The position numbers were made by a program, and so were the translations under genes. The notes under the pieces are model-generated. The model saw only the letters and a list, made by a program, of their open reading frames with translations, did not search any database and was not told where the DNA came from. From positions 1,116,001 to 1,180,000 of the forward strand of contig BAAIJX010000001.1 in the NCBI GenBank assembly GCA_054600435.1: a DNA stretch of 64,000 nucleotides, written 5' to 3'. The DNA comes from Neophaeotheca triangularis. Its lineage: Eukaryota. The stretch's first letter is position 1; each line of letters starts with the position of its first letter. This document shows, piece after piece, positions 38,889-52,573 of this stretch.

Positions 38889-38904
38889 CTTGCTTGATTG
38901 ATTG
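38795..38904. repeat. (GATT)n microsatellite with GCTT variants
   Basis: More than 20 tandem units. Confidence 0.92.
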
Positions 38905-39644
38905 TGGGTTAGTTTGGGTGGGGAGGTAGGTAGGGAGGGGGATAGGGAGGGAGGGAGGTAGGTAGGTAGGTAGGTAGTAGGTAGGGAGACGACTTGGACT
39001 GCGGGTGCGGTTGCGGTTGCGGATGCGGTTGCAGTTACGGTCGCGGTTAGTGGTTGGACAGGCTGCTTGATATTGTTCACCCGGGTGCGGGTGTATAGCT
39101 AGATAGATAGATAGAAAGTACACCAGCATACCATAGACGCTTGCGGCAGATGAACTCCCCTTCTTGCTTCCTCTCCACCCGCTACCGGCGAAGCGGCGGA
39201 GAACGAGCGAAGGCATCGGGTAGATCGTCGTCGAGTGTAAGTGTGAGGCTTTTTTGTCTTTTGCATCGTTTTCCCTTTGTCCTAGTAGTGTTGACATTGT
39301 TCCCTGCGCCCGCACTCCCGGGCGAGTGGGCTTAGTATTGTTCTCGCTCGCGGCTTTGTTCGAACAATGGGTTGTGCGCGGCCGGGCTGTCTGGCAGAAC
39401 AATGCCAAGCTTGCAAGCGGACGAGGCAGGGCGTTTTTGGGGGGATGGGTTGAAAGATTCGAAAGGTTGGGGGTCTGGGGGGGTATAAGGAGGGCGTCGG
39501 TCTTGGATCTTTTCTTCGGATTACCCCTATCGATTGATCGTTAAGTTGCCTGCAGCGTAACTCTCTACTATTACCACCCGCTACCATTACCACTCACCCA
39601 ACCCAACTCAACCCCAACTCAAAGCAACAACCAAAGAGTAAAAG

Positions 39645-40079
39645 ATGAAGCTCGACTACCTGACCACCTCGCTCATCCTCGCAGCCGCAACCTTCAGCGG
39701 CAGCGCCGAAGCCGACAGACGCAAGGACTGCAACGTCTACGGCGTCAACATCCCGCGCGCCATGGACAAGTTCTGCGTCAAAAAGGGCAACAACATCGTC
39801 GTGCCGAGCAAGTACGCGCAAAATGGAAAATCCTCCGACGGCCGCAAAGTCGCGATTCGCGCCACTTGTCGGCCGCAGCAGTGGGTGAGTTTGATCTCAT
39901 CCCCTTTTCCCTTGACCTACTGGGGTGTGTTTTTGATTGGGCTTCGCTGACTTTTGGTGTGTGATCAGATCCCGCAGTACTGGTGCTACAAGCAGTTTTA
40001 CGACCTTTGCACTTCGGGCGATTCCAAGGGCAGGAACAGCAGGATTTATAACGGTTGCCAGATTTGGTACATCAAGTAG
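39645..40079 (+). CDS. Small secreted cysteine-rich cationic protein (116 aa)
   Basis: Signal peptide MKLDYLTTSLILAAATFSGSAEA. Intron 39885-39968 (GTGAGT..GCTGAC..CAG) joins ..CRPQQW to IPQYWCYKQFYDLCTSG..GCQIWYIK*. Six Cys. Confidence 0.85.
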
Positions 40080-42383
40080 ATGGCCACTTGACAACGTCTA
40101 GCGGAGAGGGAGAGGTTTTGGGTTGGAGAGGAGGACGATGGAAAGGGATGGCTCGGTTTGACGCCTCTGGTTCACGATGGCGACGGTTGGGCTATCCGTT
40201 TTCTGTCTGCCTTCTCTTCCTCGAGGGCTTCTTTCGTTTCGCGATGATGCAAGCACTTGGGTCTGATCTACCCCGGTCTTGAGTGCTTTTCAATTTGTGC
40301 TTTTGGATGATTGATGCTTTTTTTGCTTTCTGTTCTTTACGATCGCTAGTTGTGAGTTGCATGGCTCGAATGAATCTGTCCCTACCCTTACGTGTCCCGC
40401 TATAGTGGTGGTTTCAGGAGTGTCGAGTCGACAAAGTTTTGTGCTTTTCTCATCCGTGGCGTCCATCGCTAGGTGCATTCGCTCGATGAAGTCGTGCTTG
40501 AAGGCATTATTGTCGCCGCGAAGGCATTGCCATATCGCACAAGCTATGATAGTGTTTTGGCAGAACACAACGAACGGTCGCGCGTGCTCCGTTTCCAGGT
40601 TCTCTAGAAGAAAGATCGGCGCTGCTTACAACGTAGGTCCCGAAGAGACGCTCGGGTGCTTGGGCCGGCAAGGCTGACGGGCTTCACTCACAGTCTGCAC
40701 GCCACCACGGCTGGCGGGAGATTGCATGTGCTGGGGTGGCGGGCAAACATGCGATTCTGCAACGCGGTTGTAACAATCGACTTGAAGGGCTCTGCTAAGC
40801 GGGAGGTAACATTGCTCGGGTGCTGATTCTTGACTCGATTGCGGTACGTCAGCCACGTCATTCGGGTGCACTCAGGATGGCCAGGCTCAGTTGGGTTGGA
40901 GAGCAAGATTGACCTGATAGGGGCGATGAGTGGCCAGGTTCCGGGAACGAAGACTTGGTTCGGGAGAGACGGATTGAGTGTTTAGGTAGCTGTCATGCTG
41001 TAGCGGACCATGTGGCTGCGAGGCGCGCGATTGCAGATGCATGTCGGTAGGTACCTTAGCTACCCGGCCGGTCAGTACGTATCTACTGTACCGACAGCGT
41101 GCAAGACATCTACGCTGCAAGCCGACGTATCGCCCGGCATCGAAGGGTTCGTGGTTTTGGGTCTCACAAAGTACACTCGCACCTAAAATCGAGCGTTTGC
41201 CGCGTGGCGATGGGGACCGAAAAGCCAGCCGTACGGCGCCATATGGCGTGTTCCACGTCGTCGTCAGGATGGAGGAGATAAATTACCTTGATGCGGGAAG
41301 CGTTTGCCAGTCGCGGGAAGAGTGACACCTCACGGCTCAAGCATGCATCATTACCATTGCATGCTGAGCATTGGATGGGAGGCACAGTCTACGTAGCTTG
41401 TATCACGAGTGAGCGTCACCGATAACGTGGACTCAGGAACCTGGGCCGTTGTGGGTGGTGAGGGAGGAAGGGTTGTTGTCACCTCAGCCAAGCTCAGCCT
41501 TGAAGTTGTGAGGCTCGAGCGCGCCGCCGAATCATCAGCGTTTTCCGTCTACGGGTATGCCCGGACGGTGTAGAGAAGGCTAAGCTACCATACCTACAGT
41601 ACTAGTGGTATCGTCGTCACATCTGAAACATCTACGCTCTCAGAATTATATAGATATTGATTTGATGCCGATCGGTTGGCTGCGACAGCAATAGCAGCAT
41701 TAAAATTCCTCAAGATACACCTCTGCCTGGTATTGCCACCCGCCTTCCATAATCATCGGCATTCTTCCATGCAAAACAACGGTTGTCATGTGTGAGTACA
41801 ATAAAAATCGAGAAACGGGTAGAATTATCCAGAGCTGGAAATAAGTGGGACCTGCGCAAGCTCTCCCGCTCCCGGAAAGCGTTGGACAAGGGTAAAGTGG
41901 TAGTAAAGCCGAGTCGGGTTGCAGAGATCCATACCTTACCCGTAGGACGGTAGGACGGTAGGACGGGAGTGTGACGTTCTTTTGATCGAAAAGTGATGCT
42001 GCCCTGGCCTGGCCTCCTTCAGCTTCTTCCCAGACCTTCCTCTTGCCTTGTAGGACAAAGTTGTAAGGGAAGGTGCTATGAAAGGACCCTCTTCAACCCG
42101 CAACTCCAGACCGACTGACTTCCAACCTCACCTCCTCACCCACCCCCACCCTCACCCTCCCTCACCCTCCCTCACTTTCAACACCTCCAACTAACTTAAT
42201 CCAAAACTTTATTCCCTCTCCTCCACCTCCAACTTCAAGCATACCAAGCTCACCTGAGAACTACCTGGCACCTTCGCCTACATCTCGACGACCGTAGACC
42301 ACAACAGCACCTTCTTATGAGAGGTTCCCGACATTGTCGACCTCCCTTGCACTGCTAAAGGCCTTTGCCTTCATTCCGCCACC

Positions 42384-45276
42384 ATGGCCCAGACCCACGT
42401 TGTTTCTCTCTTTCTCCCCTACACGGTCAATTTTGCCAAGCAGCAGAAACCAGGGAGTCGAAGGCCTAGTCCGCCTGCAAGACTAGACAGTCACCAGCAC
42501 AACAAGTCGCTTCTGGATCTTGCTTCCAAAACCAGCCAGGTCAGTCTGTTCAACGGACAGACTCCACCGCTCACCCCGACCGCCGCCGCAGAGGACGAGT
42601 TTTACGCCCGTTTTGGCGAACAGACTCAACGTCTTCACTTCGCCGACCCTGGGAACCCTCGGTCTTTGGTCCGCAGCGACGCCCACGTTCCAGAATGGGG
42701 AGCCCAGCCCGTCTACAATCAACCACGCTCCAAGGCCGGCCCGTTACCCTCTGGCAACATCCTCGATTATGCCAAGGCTCACGACAAACTGATGCAAGAC
42801 AAACTCGAAGACGCTCGCAAAAGGAACAAATCTCCTCCTAGGTCTCAAGCGTCTCGCACTGCTAGCAGCGAACGCGGCTACGAGGAGTGGACCATCGACA
42901 ACGCCGTGCAGGGTAACGGTGGTCTTGTCAATGCTATGCGTGCTGCCGACAAGTCTGAAGACATCGACGTCACTTGGATCGGCACCCTAGGTTGTCCTAC
43001 TGATTCCCTCGCCAAAACCACCAAGGACGACATCACCGACAAGCTCGAAAACGAGTACCAAGCACTTCCCGTCTATGTTAGCGACAAGGACCTGGATGGC
43101 CACTACACTCACTACTGCAAGACAATCCTCTGGCCTGTCTTCCACTACCAAGTCAGTAATGACCTTGCCTGTATTCTATGTCCCATGCTAACATCAACGG
43201 CAGATTCCCGACCACCCCAAAAGCAAGGCTTATGCTGACCACTCATGGGGTTACTACCGCGCCGTCAACGAAGCTTTTGCAGAGCGTGTAGTCTCAACCT
43301 ACAAGCGCGGCGACATCATCTGGGTTCATGACTACCACCTTCTCCTGGCACCGGCCATGATTCGCAAGCAGCTCCCAGAGGCTCAGATTGGTTTCTTTCT
43401 GCACACCGCTTTCCCAAGCTCCGAGGTCTTCCGCTGCCTCGCGACTCGCACAGAGCTTCTCGAAGGCATGCTCGGCGCTAATCTCGTCGCTTTCCAAACT
43501 GATGAATACGCCCAACACTTCCTGCAAACCTGCAGCCGCATTCTCACTGTGGAAGCCACTAGTGAAGGTGTCCAGCTCGAAGACCACTTCGTCAACGTCA
43601 TCAGCCAGCCCATCGGCATAGATCCGGAAGGCACTGAAGAAGCCAGGGAACAGATTGAGGTTCAGAGGGCGATCAACACTTTGTCCGAACAGTACAAAGA
43701 CAAAAAGGTCATTGTAGCTCGCGAGAAGCTTGACATCACAAGAGGCGTTCGCCAGATGTTGCTCGCGTACGAGCTCTTCCTCAACAAGTACCCGGTGTGG
43801 CGGGAGAAGGTCGTCCTTATTCTTGTGGCGACATCCACTAGCGAATCGTCGGAGCTTCTCACGACCGTTAGCGACATCAATACGAGGATAAACTCCGTCC
43901 ACTCCACACTCACCCACCAGCCCCTCACCTTCCTCAAGCAAGATTTGGCGATTCCGCAATACTTGGCCTTGCTATCCGTGGCCGATGTTATCATGATCTC
44001 GGCTTTGCGCGACGGAATGAACCTTACTGCGCACGAATACATCTTCTGTCAAGACGGCAAGGCCAGCGAATATTTGGACAAGAAACATGGACCTTTGATC
44101 CTAAGCGAATTTACCGGGAGCGCTTCCGTCTTTGGCGAGCAGCATCTCTCGATTAATCCATGGGACTACCAGCAGCAAGCCAAGGCCATCAGAAAAGCGC
44201 TGGAGATGAGTCCGGAGGAGAAGTTGAGACGATGGAAGCATCTACACAACGTGGTCCTCACAACGACTGGGGGCGACTGGGCTAGATCGTTGACCAAAGC
44301 ACTCGCAAAGGTTCACGAAGAACACTATCTACGTGACTCGACGTCAATTCCCCGCCTCTCCACAACACAGCTCACGGCCAGCTACAAGCGAGCAACCAAA
44401 CGCATATTCATCATCGACTATGAGGGTACCCTGGCGCCACATCGGAACAATAGCAGCATCAACCTGTCTTCCCTCCAGCGTGTGCTCGACACACTTAGCG
44501 ATCTGCTGGCCGATCCTCACAACCTCGTCTACGTGATGAGTGGCCGTACACCCCGCGAGCTGGAGTCCATCTTCCGCAACGTACCGTCTCTGGGCCTCAT
44601 CGCGGAGAACGGATGCTTCGTTCGCGAGTACGGTTCAGGTGGCAAAGGCGAGTGGCTTACCTTTGTCGATCAAGACGCTGTCGAAATATGGAAGAATGAT
44701 GTTCGAGGCATCTTGAAATACTATCAAGACCGCATGGAGGGTAGCACGATCGAAGAGCGCCACTGCTCGCTCATTTTCCGCTACGACAAGGCCACAGACC
44801 AGGAAGCCGCTCAGCGCCAGGCTGGCGAGAGCGCTAACCACATCAACGATGCTTGCGCCAAACAGCGCATCCGGGCCGTTCCCATCCACAAGGCACTCCT
44901 CGTTGAGACCGTAGACCACTCGAAAGGTTCAGCGGCCACCCATATTTACGAGCAGCTGCGTCGTAAGAACAAGGCCAAAGGCATCTCCAACCCAGACTTC
45001 CTCATGGTCGCAGGTGACGACCGGGAGGACGAGGTCATTTTCCGCTGGGCCAACGGGCTGGGCAAGGATGGTTTCATCCGCGACGTCTGCACTGTCTTCG
45101 TCGGCAAGCGCAACACCGAGGCTCAAGCCACGCTCACTCAAGGAACTACAGGGTTGCTGTCGGCGCTGCAGAAGTTGGCCAAGATTTCTGCAGAGGGTGT
45201 GCCCGCGGATTACTTCCGGAAGCGCGGTAGTGTCGTTGCTGGGGAGTACCGGGCGCAAGATGGGGGTGCCTTGTGA
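42384..45276 (+). CDS. Trehalose-6-phosphate synthase complex regulatory subunit (Tsl1/Tps3-like; GT20 plus HAD-like domains)
   Basis: VSLFLPYTV N-terminus, YCKTILWPVFHYQ, intron 43152-43203, then IPDHPKSKAY, WVHDYHLLL, GFFLHTAFPSSEVFR, LRDGMNL, LSEFTG. The HAD motif reads DYEGTL instead of DYDGTL. Confidence 0.9.
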
Positions 45277-46538
45277 ACACGATAGACCCCTGTCAAGACG
45301 GGGATAGTGGCAGGGAGCGATGAAGAGAGTCAGATGCGCGGGCGTAGTGACGTGGCATCAGTGGAACAGAAGAGACGGGAGAGGAATATCCTTGACGACC
45401 AGCGCGGGAGGGCACCACATCGTCTTCCCCGCTACAGCACAGCATCAGCGGGCGTTTTTAACGAGTTGCAGGAGTGAGGTTGTTCTTTCAGCATGGCACG
45501 CTTTCTTTCGAGGACGGGCGAGCGCGACCATTATACCCCAGAAACGGCATGCTTCTTCTTTTTGTTTCCTCTAGCGTAGCATACCTATGTAGATTGACGA
45601 AGGCTCATGGTGGCGTTGGGGGGGGGGGGGACTGAGGCGAAGCGCGGGTTAGATTACTTGCTGTGACAGCATTGTCTTTAGCCATGTCTCTAGAAACATG
45701 AGCAACGTTCTTCTTCTCTACCCAATTTGATTGAGGCATACTCCCATGATCCTAACTGTTGTATTTGGAAGGATTGGAGAGAGTACGGTGAGGTAAAGGC
45801 GTCGTCGCTGTGAGGTGAAGCCGCAAGTGCAAGCGGCTCAAGAAACAAGCTTCTCCAGGTCCCATAGTGGATCAACGGTTCCTCGTTTTGCTGCCCGAAG
45901 CGAAGCCCTAAGAATTAATATGGAACCTAAATATCCATCGTCGGCGCGTGGCGGATGTGTCCACCTGCAGTGACTGACTGCAGGTGTGGATGCGCGGAGA
46001 TCGCCCAGGTCGCAATGGCTCCGCTTGGCAGAGGCATGCCTTCCTCAACGAGAATACCTTTTAGGTACCTTTCAACTTCTTCTGCCTTTCCGCTCTTCCG
46101 TCTCGTCTCGTTTCTCGTCAGGCGCGTCTCTTTCCCTCGCAACGACGGGAGTTACTGCTGCAGGTGCTGTTTGCTCGTCACCTCTTCTTCATCTTCATCT
46201 TCATCTTCATCCTCCTCCACACTCATCACCAACTTCTATCATCCTCTCGCCAACAGCAGTACCGTAGCAGCCTACTAGTCCATTGAGGCATCCTTCCAAT
46301 CGCTCGCTACCATCCGACTCTTCCCATCCCACTGGCAGCATCCGTCTTTGTACATACACCGCTGTATAGAACAACAACAAGCATTGGATCTGCCTACCGC
46401 AACCTTCCAATAAATCCTAGCTAATCAACCCTGTTGTCCTCCATACCGTCACTATCTACCTTTACCCTCGCTTCAGTCTTTCAGAATCCCTATCAACTCC
46501 CTCCTCGGTCTCCTCAGGCTAATCAGCAGCCCGACCAA

Positions 46539-49500
46539 ATGACGACAGCCATGGCTCCTACCCAGGTGCACACCAAGACCATCCACGAGCTTCCTCTCCG
46601 AGACGATGGGTCCCCGGACATTGCTGGTGAGCCGGCATACATCTACCTCCCACCGCCAAATGACCCTCCCTACTATGTCCGCTTTGTCATTGAGGGCACC
46701 AGCTCCATCACCAGGCAGGGAAGTCTTTGGGTCAACATTCCCGGCAAAGGCGAGGCTTTCGACAGAAAGACTTTCAAGGAATACAGGTGAGTTGCTGCTA
46801 GGACACGCCAGGAGCTTTACAAGCGAGCTGGGACGATGTTTGGACGTCTACTGATTCTGCCGTCTTACAGGTTACAACCAAGCTTCACCGAGTCCATCAA
46901 GATCGACGTCCCCATCTACGTTGCTGGGGCATTCGCCTTCTACACCACCTACAGCCCACTTCCCCAGTTCACCACAGGCAACCCTGTGCCTCCAAAGCCC
47001 GCCAAGACGCAAACCTACTACATCGATGTCGCTCCTCGTCTGGTGGTTCAAAAGAGCAGGGTGCCACTCGATTCGCTCTCCGTCATATCTTGTCTTTCCA
47101 AGTTCATGGGCAAATACCCAGAAGACTTCGACCGCCATCTGCACGGTATAAGCGAGCGAGGCTACAACATGGTGCACTTCACACCACTGAACATCCGCGG
47201 TGACAGCAACTCCCCATACTCGATCTACGATCAGCACAGCTTTGACAAGTCCATCTTCCCAAATGGCGAGGCCGATATCACCGCCCTCACCCACAAGATG
47301 GAGCAAGATTACGGGCTCATGTCTTTGACGGACGTGGTGCTGAACCACACCGCCAACAACAGCAAGTGGCTTGAAGAGCATCCGGAAGCGGCTTACAACA
47401 TCAAGACCGCACCACATCTTGAGCCGGCTTACGTGCTGGACAGCGAGCTGTTGAAGTACAGTGCTTCTCTGACGTCTAGAGGCTTGCCAACTCATCTGAA
47501 CAGCGTCGACGACTTGAAAAGAGTCATGGAGGGCGTAAAGACCTTCGTCTTCCCTGCTATCAAGCTCTGGGAGTATTACGTGGCCGACGTCGAGCGCGAC
47601 TCTCAAGCCACCGTGGCTGCGTGGAAGGAAGGCAAAGCCAACCTTGCTGACACCATCCCCGACGACGTTGGTGGCTGGAGTCTGAAGCAGAAGGCCGACT
47701 GGCTCAAGGCGAACGCCATGACTGGACTTGACCGCATGGGCGAGCGCTTCCGTCGCAGGGTCGTGCCCGAGAAGGGCGCTGTCCTCTTGCAGAAACTCTG
47801 CGGCAAGTACAACAGCCAGCTCAGCACCGCTGGTGCCGACGAGCGCACCGCTTACGGTACCATGACTCGCTTCCTGAACGAGGTCAATCTTCTTTGGTAC
47901 CGCGAGTACGACGACGACACTGCCGCCATCATGGATCAAGTCTTCAACCGTGCCAAGTACGTCCGTCTTGAGGAGCATGGCCCCAAGACTGGCGACATCA
48001 CTCTTCAGAACCCGCTGATCGAAAGCTACTTCACCCGCCTCCCTCTCAACGAGACGACCAAGAAGCACCACCCCGACTCGCTTGCTGTGGCCAATAACGG
48101 CTGGGTTTGGGCTGCTGACGTGATGCGCGACAACGCTGGACCAAAGTCAAAGGTCTATCTCCGTCGTGAGCTGATCGTCTGGGGCGACTGCGTCAAGCTA
48201 CGCTATGGTTCAGGTCCGGAAGACAGCCCGTTCCTGTGGCAGTACATGACCGAGTACTCGCAGATGATGGCCCGCCTCTTCCACGGTTTCCGAATCGACA
48301 ACTGTCATTCAACGCCCCTTCACGTCGCCGAGCACATGCTTGACGCTGCCAGGAACGTTCGACACAACCTCGTCGTTGCAGCCGAGCTGTTCAGTGGTGA
48401 TGAGAAGATGGACTTCCTCTACTGTCAAAAGCTTGGTATCAGCTTCCTGATCCGCGAGGCCATGCAGACTTGGTCCACTGCTGAGATGTCACGACTGGTC
48501 CACATCAACTGTGGCCGACCGGTTGGTAGCTTTGAGCGAGACGACATCACTGGTGCGGACGCCAAACCTCAAGCCAACGGCACTCTCACCAACGGCTCCA
48601 CGCATGCTGGCAAAGAGGTCGTTCACAAGATTGTCGCTTCCAAGATCCACGCCCTGCTTATGGACTGTACTCACGACAACGAGACTCCTGTACAGCGTCG
48701 CGATGGCCGTGACACCTTGCCGACATCTGCTCTCGTGGCAATGTGCGCTTCGGCAGCTGGCTCGGTCTTTGGCATGGACGAGCTGTACCCACAACTTATT
48801 GAGCTCGTCCACGAAACCCGCCCCTACACCTCGCCATACTCTCAACTCAAGCCGGGTGACAGTATGAGGATTGGACCTGGCGAAGGTACTGGTAGCGTCA
48901 AGCGCCTGATGAACCAGCTCCACACCATCATGGGCAAGGATCACTACGACGAAACTCACGTGCACCACGAGTGCGAGTACATCACAGTTCACCGCATGCA
49001 CCCTCAAAGCCGCAAGGGCTACTACCTCATCGCCCATACTGCTTTCCCGGGGTATGGCAATGGCAACGCCGGTTTTCCACCGCAGACGCTCGTCGGCAGC
49101 AGGGCCAAGGCTCTCGGTGCCTGGATGCTTGAATGCGATCAGAGTTCCGAAGCGAAGCAGGCTGCCATCAATGACAAGGTCCTGCGAGGTATTCCCTCCA
49201 AGACCAAGGATCTGCGCGGCGTCACCGTTGAGAACCACGGGGATTCTACCGTCATCTCCGTTCCTGAGAAGTTCCCACCTGGTTCCATCGCCATTTTCGA
49301 GACCTGGATGCCCAGCGCCGAACACAGTGAGGGTCTTGACAAGTATGTCACTTCCGGCGCGAGAGAGGCGTTCAAGGACTGCAACCTTACAGATCTCAAC
49401 GCCATCCTCTACCGTGCCGACTCGGAAGAACGTGCATCAAGCAACTGGCAAGACGGCGCTTACAATGTCCCCGGCGTTGGGCCGCTTGTCTACTGCGGTC

Positions 49501-51486
49501 TTCAAGGCTGGTGGTCTGTCCTCAAGAGCGTCGTAGCAAACAACGATCTCGGACACCCCATCTGCAACCATCTCCGCGAAGGTACGTGGGCTTTTGACTA
49601 CATTGTCGAGCGCATGGACAAGCTCGCCGGGCGCAACAACTACCACGGTCTCCTCGCACCGGCCGAATGGACAAGGCAACGCTTCGATGCCCTCCGCAAC
49701 ATCCCCAACTTTCTCCGCCCGCGCTATTTTGCCATGGTCATCCAAACCGCCTACCGAGCGGCTTGTGATCGCGCCATTGAGCAAATGAACGGCACGGTGC
49801 AGCACGGTCAGCCATTCCTCAAGCGTCTCGCAATGGTCAGCGTGCAGTGCCAAGGCTATATGCCAAACGCATCGCTTTGGCCATCCAAGCTTGTCCCCTC
49901 GCTCGCCGCCGGTCTGCCACATTTTGCCCAAGACTGGGCTCGCTGCTGGGGCCGCGACATCATGATTGCCATGCGCGGACTCCTCATCTGTACCGGCCGC
50001 GCTGAAGAGGCCAAAGAGCACCTGCTCTGCTTTGCTTCTGTCGTCAAGCACGGCATGATTCCCAACCTGCTCGGCTCTTCCATCCTACCGCGCTACAATT
50101 CCCGCGACTCGGTTTGGTTCTTCCTTCAGAACATCCAAGACTACGTCCACCTCGTCCCTGGCGGCGAGAGCATCCTGCAGGAACGTGTCGCGAGGCGCTT
50201 CGAACCTTACAACGATGAATGGTTCCCCTGGGACGACGCCCGTGCCTACAAGAAGACGAGCAGCATCGAGGACGTCATCCAGGAGTGTTTGCAGCGCCAC
50301 GCCGCGGGCATGCATTTCCGCGAGTACAACGCCGGCCCTGGCATCGACAGTCAGATGAAGTCGGAAGGCTTCAACATTGACATCGACGTCGACTGGAACA
50401 CGGGAATCATCTTTGGAGGCAACGAATGGAACTGCGGTACCTGGATGGACAAGATGGGCGAGTCGACCAAAGCCGGCAGCAAAGGCCACCCCGGCACTTC
50501 CCGCGACGGTGCGCCAGTGGAAATAACCGGTCTACTGTACAGCACCCTCCACTGGGTCGACAAGCTTCGCTCGCAGGGCAAGTTCAAGTATGACGGCGTT
50601 ACAACCTCGGAAGGCAAAATGATCACCTACGGCGCCTGGGCGGCCAAGCTCAAAGCCAACTTTGAACGCTGCTACTACATTCCAGCCAGCCCATCGGACT
50701 ATCCCAAATACGACGTCAACCCTTCAATCGTCAACCGCAAGGGCATTTACAAGGACGTCCACCGTGGCAAAAAGGAGTACCGCGACTACCAACTCCGCCC
50801 CAACTTCCCCATCGCCATGACCGTGGCCCCCGACCTCTTCGACCCAGCCCACGCCCTTGGCGCTCTCGAAATTGCCGACAAGGCCCTCCTCGGCCCCACC
50901 GGCATGGCCACTCTCGACCCCAGCGACAACGAATACAACCCCTGGTACATCAACTCGGACGATAGCGACAATTACGCCACGGCAAAAGGACGCTGCTACC
51001 ACCAAGGCCCCGAGTGGCTCTGGCCCACGGGCTTCTTCTGCCGCGCGATGCTCAAATTTGATCTCATGCGTCGCAATACGCGTGAAGAACGCGTCGAGGC
51101 TTTCCAGCAGATTACGCAACGTTTGAAGGGGTGTCAGGCTATGATTAAGGAGTCACCCTGGGCTGGTCTGACGGAATTGACCAACAAGAATGGCGCCGAG
51201 TGTGGGGATTCGGTGAGTTTTCTTCTTTCTTCTTTCCTTCTTCCCTGCCTCTTTCGCTTCTCCCTCTTTGCTCGTGAAGGACAATCGTGATGTCCCGACG
51301 CACCACCGGCTCTCGCCCTCTCTATCATCTCCTCTCGCCATCTCCCTACCCACTACTTCGGGCACAGCACGCTCCACTTCCGGAAAATCTCGCTGACTTC
51401 ACACACAGTGCCCCACGCAAGCCTGGTCGGCAGGGTGCATAATAGACCTCTTCCAGGACGCGAGCGAGTACAGTCTCGATGCCTAA
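46539..51486 (+). CDS. GDB1: Glycogen debranching enzyme (4-alpha-glucanotransferase / amylo-1,6-glucosidase)
   Basis: GYNMVHFTPL..SNSPYSIYDQ, WGDCVKLRYG, GFRIDNCHSTP, DCTHDNE, RCWGRD, CGTWMDKMG, DYQLRPNF, YHQGPEW, CPTQAWS. Introns 46787-46870 and 51213-51408. The start is 46539 or 46551. Confidence 0.96.
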
Positions 51487-52513
51487 AAGCTGGCACTGCT
51501 TTTTCAGATCCGAGGAGAATTGGCAATCGGCCGTGACGAGCTTGAAAGCGACAATATGCGATGCTGACGAACGGCCGGTCTTTCGACGCCACCGTTGCGA
51601 TTCCGTCGACTGCTTTCTCCGCGCTGTATGGGCTGATGTCCACCACTTACGCTTTTCCTCTCTGCGTTTTGACGGTCCACGCCCAGGATGCACGACTCCC
51701 GGATCGAAGCATACACGCCGCGCACAATCTACCCTCTGCGGTCTTTGTGCTTGGCTCGGGTTTACTCTCGGGACTGGCTTGGGTATGCATTTCTTCCTGC
51801 CCCCGGCGCGAGAATGCATTTGTTGGGGTCGGTTTTGCGTCGAGAGCTTTAATTTTGGCCATTTGCTCCGGGCTAGGGCAAGTTCATTGCTGTAGCGTTG
51901 CGTTGGTGTTCACGTGGGTGTTGGAGCGTTTGGGTGGTGCGAAAAGTCCTCATGCGAATGGCATTCATTGATAGATGGAAGCTTGGGATTTTGTCCTTGA
52001 GGTATAGATGGGCATGATATAGCAGGGCAGGGCCATAAAATACCTACATGGCTGGGTGGGTGGGCGGGCGGGTGGCTTGGTAGATACATACCTACTTATA
52101 TTGACCTGGTTTTCCTAACCTGTCGTTTTTGCTTGTACTTGCTGCTTTTTACCAATGTCTGGTGTACTTTGTGGACTTGGGCGTCAAATAACCAGATTCT
52201 TACTCGAGTTACCTACCCTTAGCCAATTGAGTTAACTGACCCGTTCGTGTCCTGTCGAGTTGATTCCTTCAAAATTCGACCCATTTGACATTACAAGTAT
52301 CGAACATTTGGCACGATTCGATAGATTTAGTCTCAGCTACGTCTACATACAACCGTATTATACACCTTATATAACCTATTATTATTGGAACCCGATCCGA
52401 CTCTGAAAAATCAAATTGTACATGGTAGTTAGCTTCCGAACCCCCAACCAAGACCTTGAAAGTCTCACGTTATGATTCCAAACAACTACTACCCGTCGAC
52501 TCGAAGCATATGT

Positions 52514-52573
52514 ACACACACACACACACACACACACTCTCTCTCTCTCTTTCTCTCTCTGTCTTTCTCTCTG
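52514..52573. repeat. (CA)n(CT)n compound microsatellite
   Basis: Seen directly. Confidence 0.9.

Noticed and set aside
38608..39408. 266-aa minus-strand ORF with SINQ repeats
   Set aside because: It is a translation of the (GATT)n and (GGTA)n microsatellites.
46872..48071. Long antisense ORFs over conserved genes (for example 46872-48071, 16987-18171, 33519-34649, 3178-4032, 8945-9625)
   Set aside because: They are shadows of strongly C/G-ending codon usage on the coding strand and have no recognisable motifs.
52345..52440. Faint 5S-like words (ACATACAACC..CCCGATCCGACTCTG)
   Set aside because: Spacing is wrong by about 20 nt, there is no 3' half, helix I partner or T-run terminator, and chance similarity in AT-rich DNA is likely.
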